Positions 6,492-7,411 of a stretch of DNA of 7,411 bases are shown piece by piece. Numbering within the stretch: the stretch's first letter is position 1; each line of letters begins with the position of its first letter. Under the pieces are notes generated by a model. That model saw only the letters and a program-made list of their open reading frames with translations, was not told where the DNA came from and did not search any database. The stretch is from Nitrososphaerota archaeon (GTDB lineage Archaea > Thermoproteota > Nitrososphaeria_A > Caldarchaeales > Calditenuaceae). The stretch is taken from positions 23,336-30,746 of the forward strand of contig JAVYLC010000017.1 in NCBI GenBank assembly GCA_038741355.1, written 5' to 3'. A program made the translations under genes and the position numbers.

Positions 6492-6701
6492 CTATTCTCG
6501 GCCATGGGGAATGGTCTGCCTTTTTGAATTTATTTGCATAATGTGTGGCGGCCCATTTTTCTTCTTGCAAATATTGCTCCTCAGTAGGGTCGTCTGTCCT
6601 CCTATCTTATTGACCGTCTCTACTTTCTGGTTGAGGAGTCTGTCTAGGATGTGGCTTCCTAGCAATCCTGCCCCTCCTGTTAATAGTACTGGGCCCTCCA
6701 T
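6492..6701 (-). pseudogene. Remnant of an NAD-dependent epimerase/dehydratase (extended SDR); only the N-terminal Rossmann motif survives
   Basis: The ORF begins MEGPVLLTGGAGLLGSHILDRLL. This closely mirrors the family consensus (..ILVTGGAGFIGSHLVDRLL..) with the GxxGxxG dinucleotide-binding loop. After about 30 codons the translation (NKIGGQTTLLRSNICKKKNGPPHIM...) no longer resembles SDR proteins in any of the three minus-strand frames. The ORF ends at 69 aa, whereas intact members have about 300 aa. Confidence 0.35.
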
Positions 6702-7187
6702 TCTATATGGTAAAATACCTCCTTACATTTTGGACATTCATACTCTACATGGTCTGCTAAGTAGTCCGTTATCTTGGTCTTAACCTCGCTCGGCCATGTC
6801 CACTCTATATGAGGCAGAAACCTTCTGAGCAAAATGACTCTCTCCCTGAACTTATCCTCAGGAAGATTACCGTTAGAGAAGCGCTCACCCGTCTATGCTA
6901 CACCACCATCAAGCGGTATTGTTAACTTTTAAAGTCTTTCGGAAAGGCCTATGGCCTGAGGTGTAGCTCTCCCATTCATGGACATCTTCGATTATATCGT
7001 TGATTATATGTCTAGGCTCTTCAGGCTCCACAACTACAGCCCCTTTGATTAAGGCTTATGCCTCCCTACTCTTCACAGCCACAGCCATAGCCCCCACACA
7101 CAACACACCACTCAAAACCAAGGCAGAAGCAGGTGTAATACTTGGTTGACAGTACCGTGGTGGAATATATAGATGCTCAGGGGCCAT
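6680..7187 (-). pseudogene. Decayed minus-strand reading frame of unknown family (three open segments, interrupted by an in-frame TAA and then a stop plus frameshift)
   Basis: My own translation gives three segments. ATG 7187 encodes MAPEHLYIPPRYCQPSITPASALVLSGVLCVGAMAVAVKSREA, then TAA at 7056-7058. The same frame continues ALIKGAVVVEPEEPRHIINDIIEDVHEWESYTSGHRPFRKTLKVNNTA, then TGA at 6909-6911. The +1 frame is open for 70 codons (6892-6683): TGERFSNGNLPEDKFRERVILLRRFLPHIEWTWPSEVKTKITDYLADHVEYECPKCKEVFYHIEWRAQYY. The plus strand of the same stretch is full of stops. I recognise no family. Confidence 0.3.
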
Positions 7188-7250
7188 CGTTTAAGGCTAA
7201 GAGGAGGTATTATCCTCTTTATAAGGCTTTGGGGATTTTTGGCGGGACTG

Positions 7251-7411
7251 TCAACTTAAGGTCACCCATGCCCTTATCCACTTCTCTGATACCTTCGGCC
7301 TATGTGTTGGGAAGCATGTGTTGAACTGTTTTATTCTTCTCTTGAGCTTGCTGAACCAAGACTCTATTGTGTTCCTCCTTCCGAATGTCTCTACCCTCCT
7401 CCTAAAGCCCA
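7251..7411 (-). CDS. DDE transposase C-terminal fragment (IS6-family-like); the N-terminus lies beyond the right edge
   Basis: The minus frame starting at 7409 reads GFRRRVETFGRRNTIESWFSKLKRRIKQFNTCFPTHRPKVSEKWIRAWVTLS, with TGA at 7251-7253. N.IE..F..LK.R...F...FP is the catalytic-E region of DDE transposases (K at E+7), in the form I associate with archaeal IS6-type elements. Only 52 codons are visible, so the family call is tentative. Confidence 0.55.
   Translation of the reverse strand, partial: GFRRRVETFGRRNTIESWFSKLKRRIKQFNTCFPTHRPKVSEKWIRAWVTLS
7251..7411 (-). mobile_element. Minimum visible extent of an insertion sequence; its left terminus probably lies somewhere in 7145-7250
   Basis: This follows from the transposase fragment above. 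Only one end of the element can be in the window, so terminal inverted repeats and target-site duplication cannot be paired. Confidence 0.4.

Noticed and set aside
6440-6495. Possible C/D-box sRNA on the minus strand (CTGATGA ... ATGATGT)
   Set aside because: No CUGA D or D' boxes occur at the required spacing, and the C box lacks the leading purine.
6463-6783. Plus-strand 106-aa ORF (MYSLRDGHQLYSRPWGMVCLFEF...)
   Set aside because: The peptide is hydrophobic and low-complexity with no motif. It lies opposite the consensus-like Rossmann motif on the minus strand, so it is most likely a chance ORF in decayed DNA.
7145-7255. Perfect 9-bp inverted repeat GTTGACAGT (7145-7153) / ACTGTCAAC (7247-7255), possibly MITE or IS termini
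   Set aside because: By rough estimate, one such 9-bp match within about 100 nt is expected by chance in a region this size. The right arm overlaps the transposase stop codon, so it cannot be an element terminus for that IS. I kept it only as a note.
7142-7324. Plus-strand 60-aa ORF with a TTG start
   Set aside because: Its 3' half is antisense to the transposase C-terminus, which has a recognisable DDE E-region. It has no motif or plausible promoter.
1-7411. CRISPR arrays, tRNA or rRNA genes, and selenocysteine recoding in the molybdoenzyme
   Set aside because: No regularly spaced repeats were seen. No tRNA T-arm or anticodon-arm signatures were seen. The catalytic-subunit ORF has no in-frame TGA, and the candidate ligand is a TGC-encoded Cys.

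Overview
This looks like a compact chromosomal segment from a hyperthermophile-style archaeon. That assignment is an inference from three things: heavy AGG/AGA Arg and ATA Ile codon use, TATA-like boxes about 26 nt upstream of first-gene ATGs, and GAGGTGA Shine-Dalgarno motifs before internal operon genes. From left to right the window holds: (1) the 3' end of a MOFRL-family glycerate kinase gene (1-333, +). (2) A hemerythrin-like HHE di-iron domain gene with a natural His-rich N-terminus (about 357-935, +). (3) A tightly coupled three-gene operon on the minus strand in B-C-A order (6161 down to 967). It encodes a Tat-signal four-cluster ferredoxin subunit, a 9-helix NrfD/PsrC-type membrane anchor, and an 1149-aa molybdopterin (Mo-bisPGD) catalytic subunit with a Tat signal, an FS0 cysteine motif and a candidate Cys Mo ligand. 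This is a tetrathionate-reductase-type (ttrBCA/srdBCA-like) respiratory complex whose real substrate cannot be read from the sequence. (4) A visibly AT-rich upstream region of about 230-300 bp, with a TATA box placed for a leaderless ttrB-like transcript, several short repeats and a 20-codon upstream ORF. (5) A gene-decay zone (about 6389-7187) with no intact gene. It contains the isolated Rossmann N-terminus of an SDR epimerase/dehydratase and an unidentified minus-strand reading frame broken by an in-frame TAA and a frameshift. (6) At the right edge, the C-terminus of a DDE transposase (IS6-like) on the minus strand. I found no rRNA, tRNA or CRISPR array. I see no clearly novel multi-gene system. 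The points most worth follow-up are the substrate and archaeal-specific insertions of the Ttr-like enzyme, the neighbouring His-rich hemerythrin, the repeat-laden promoter region, and the pseudogene field next to the IS. All family calls rest on motif recognition by eye, since no searches were run.
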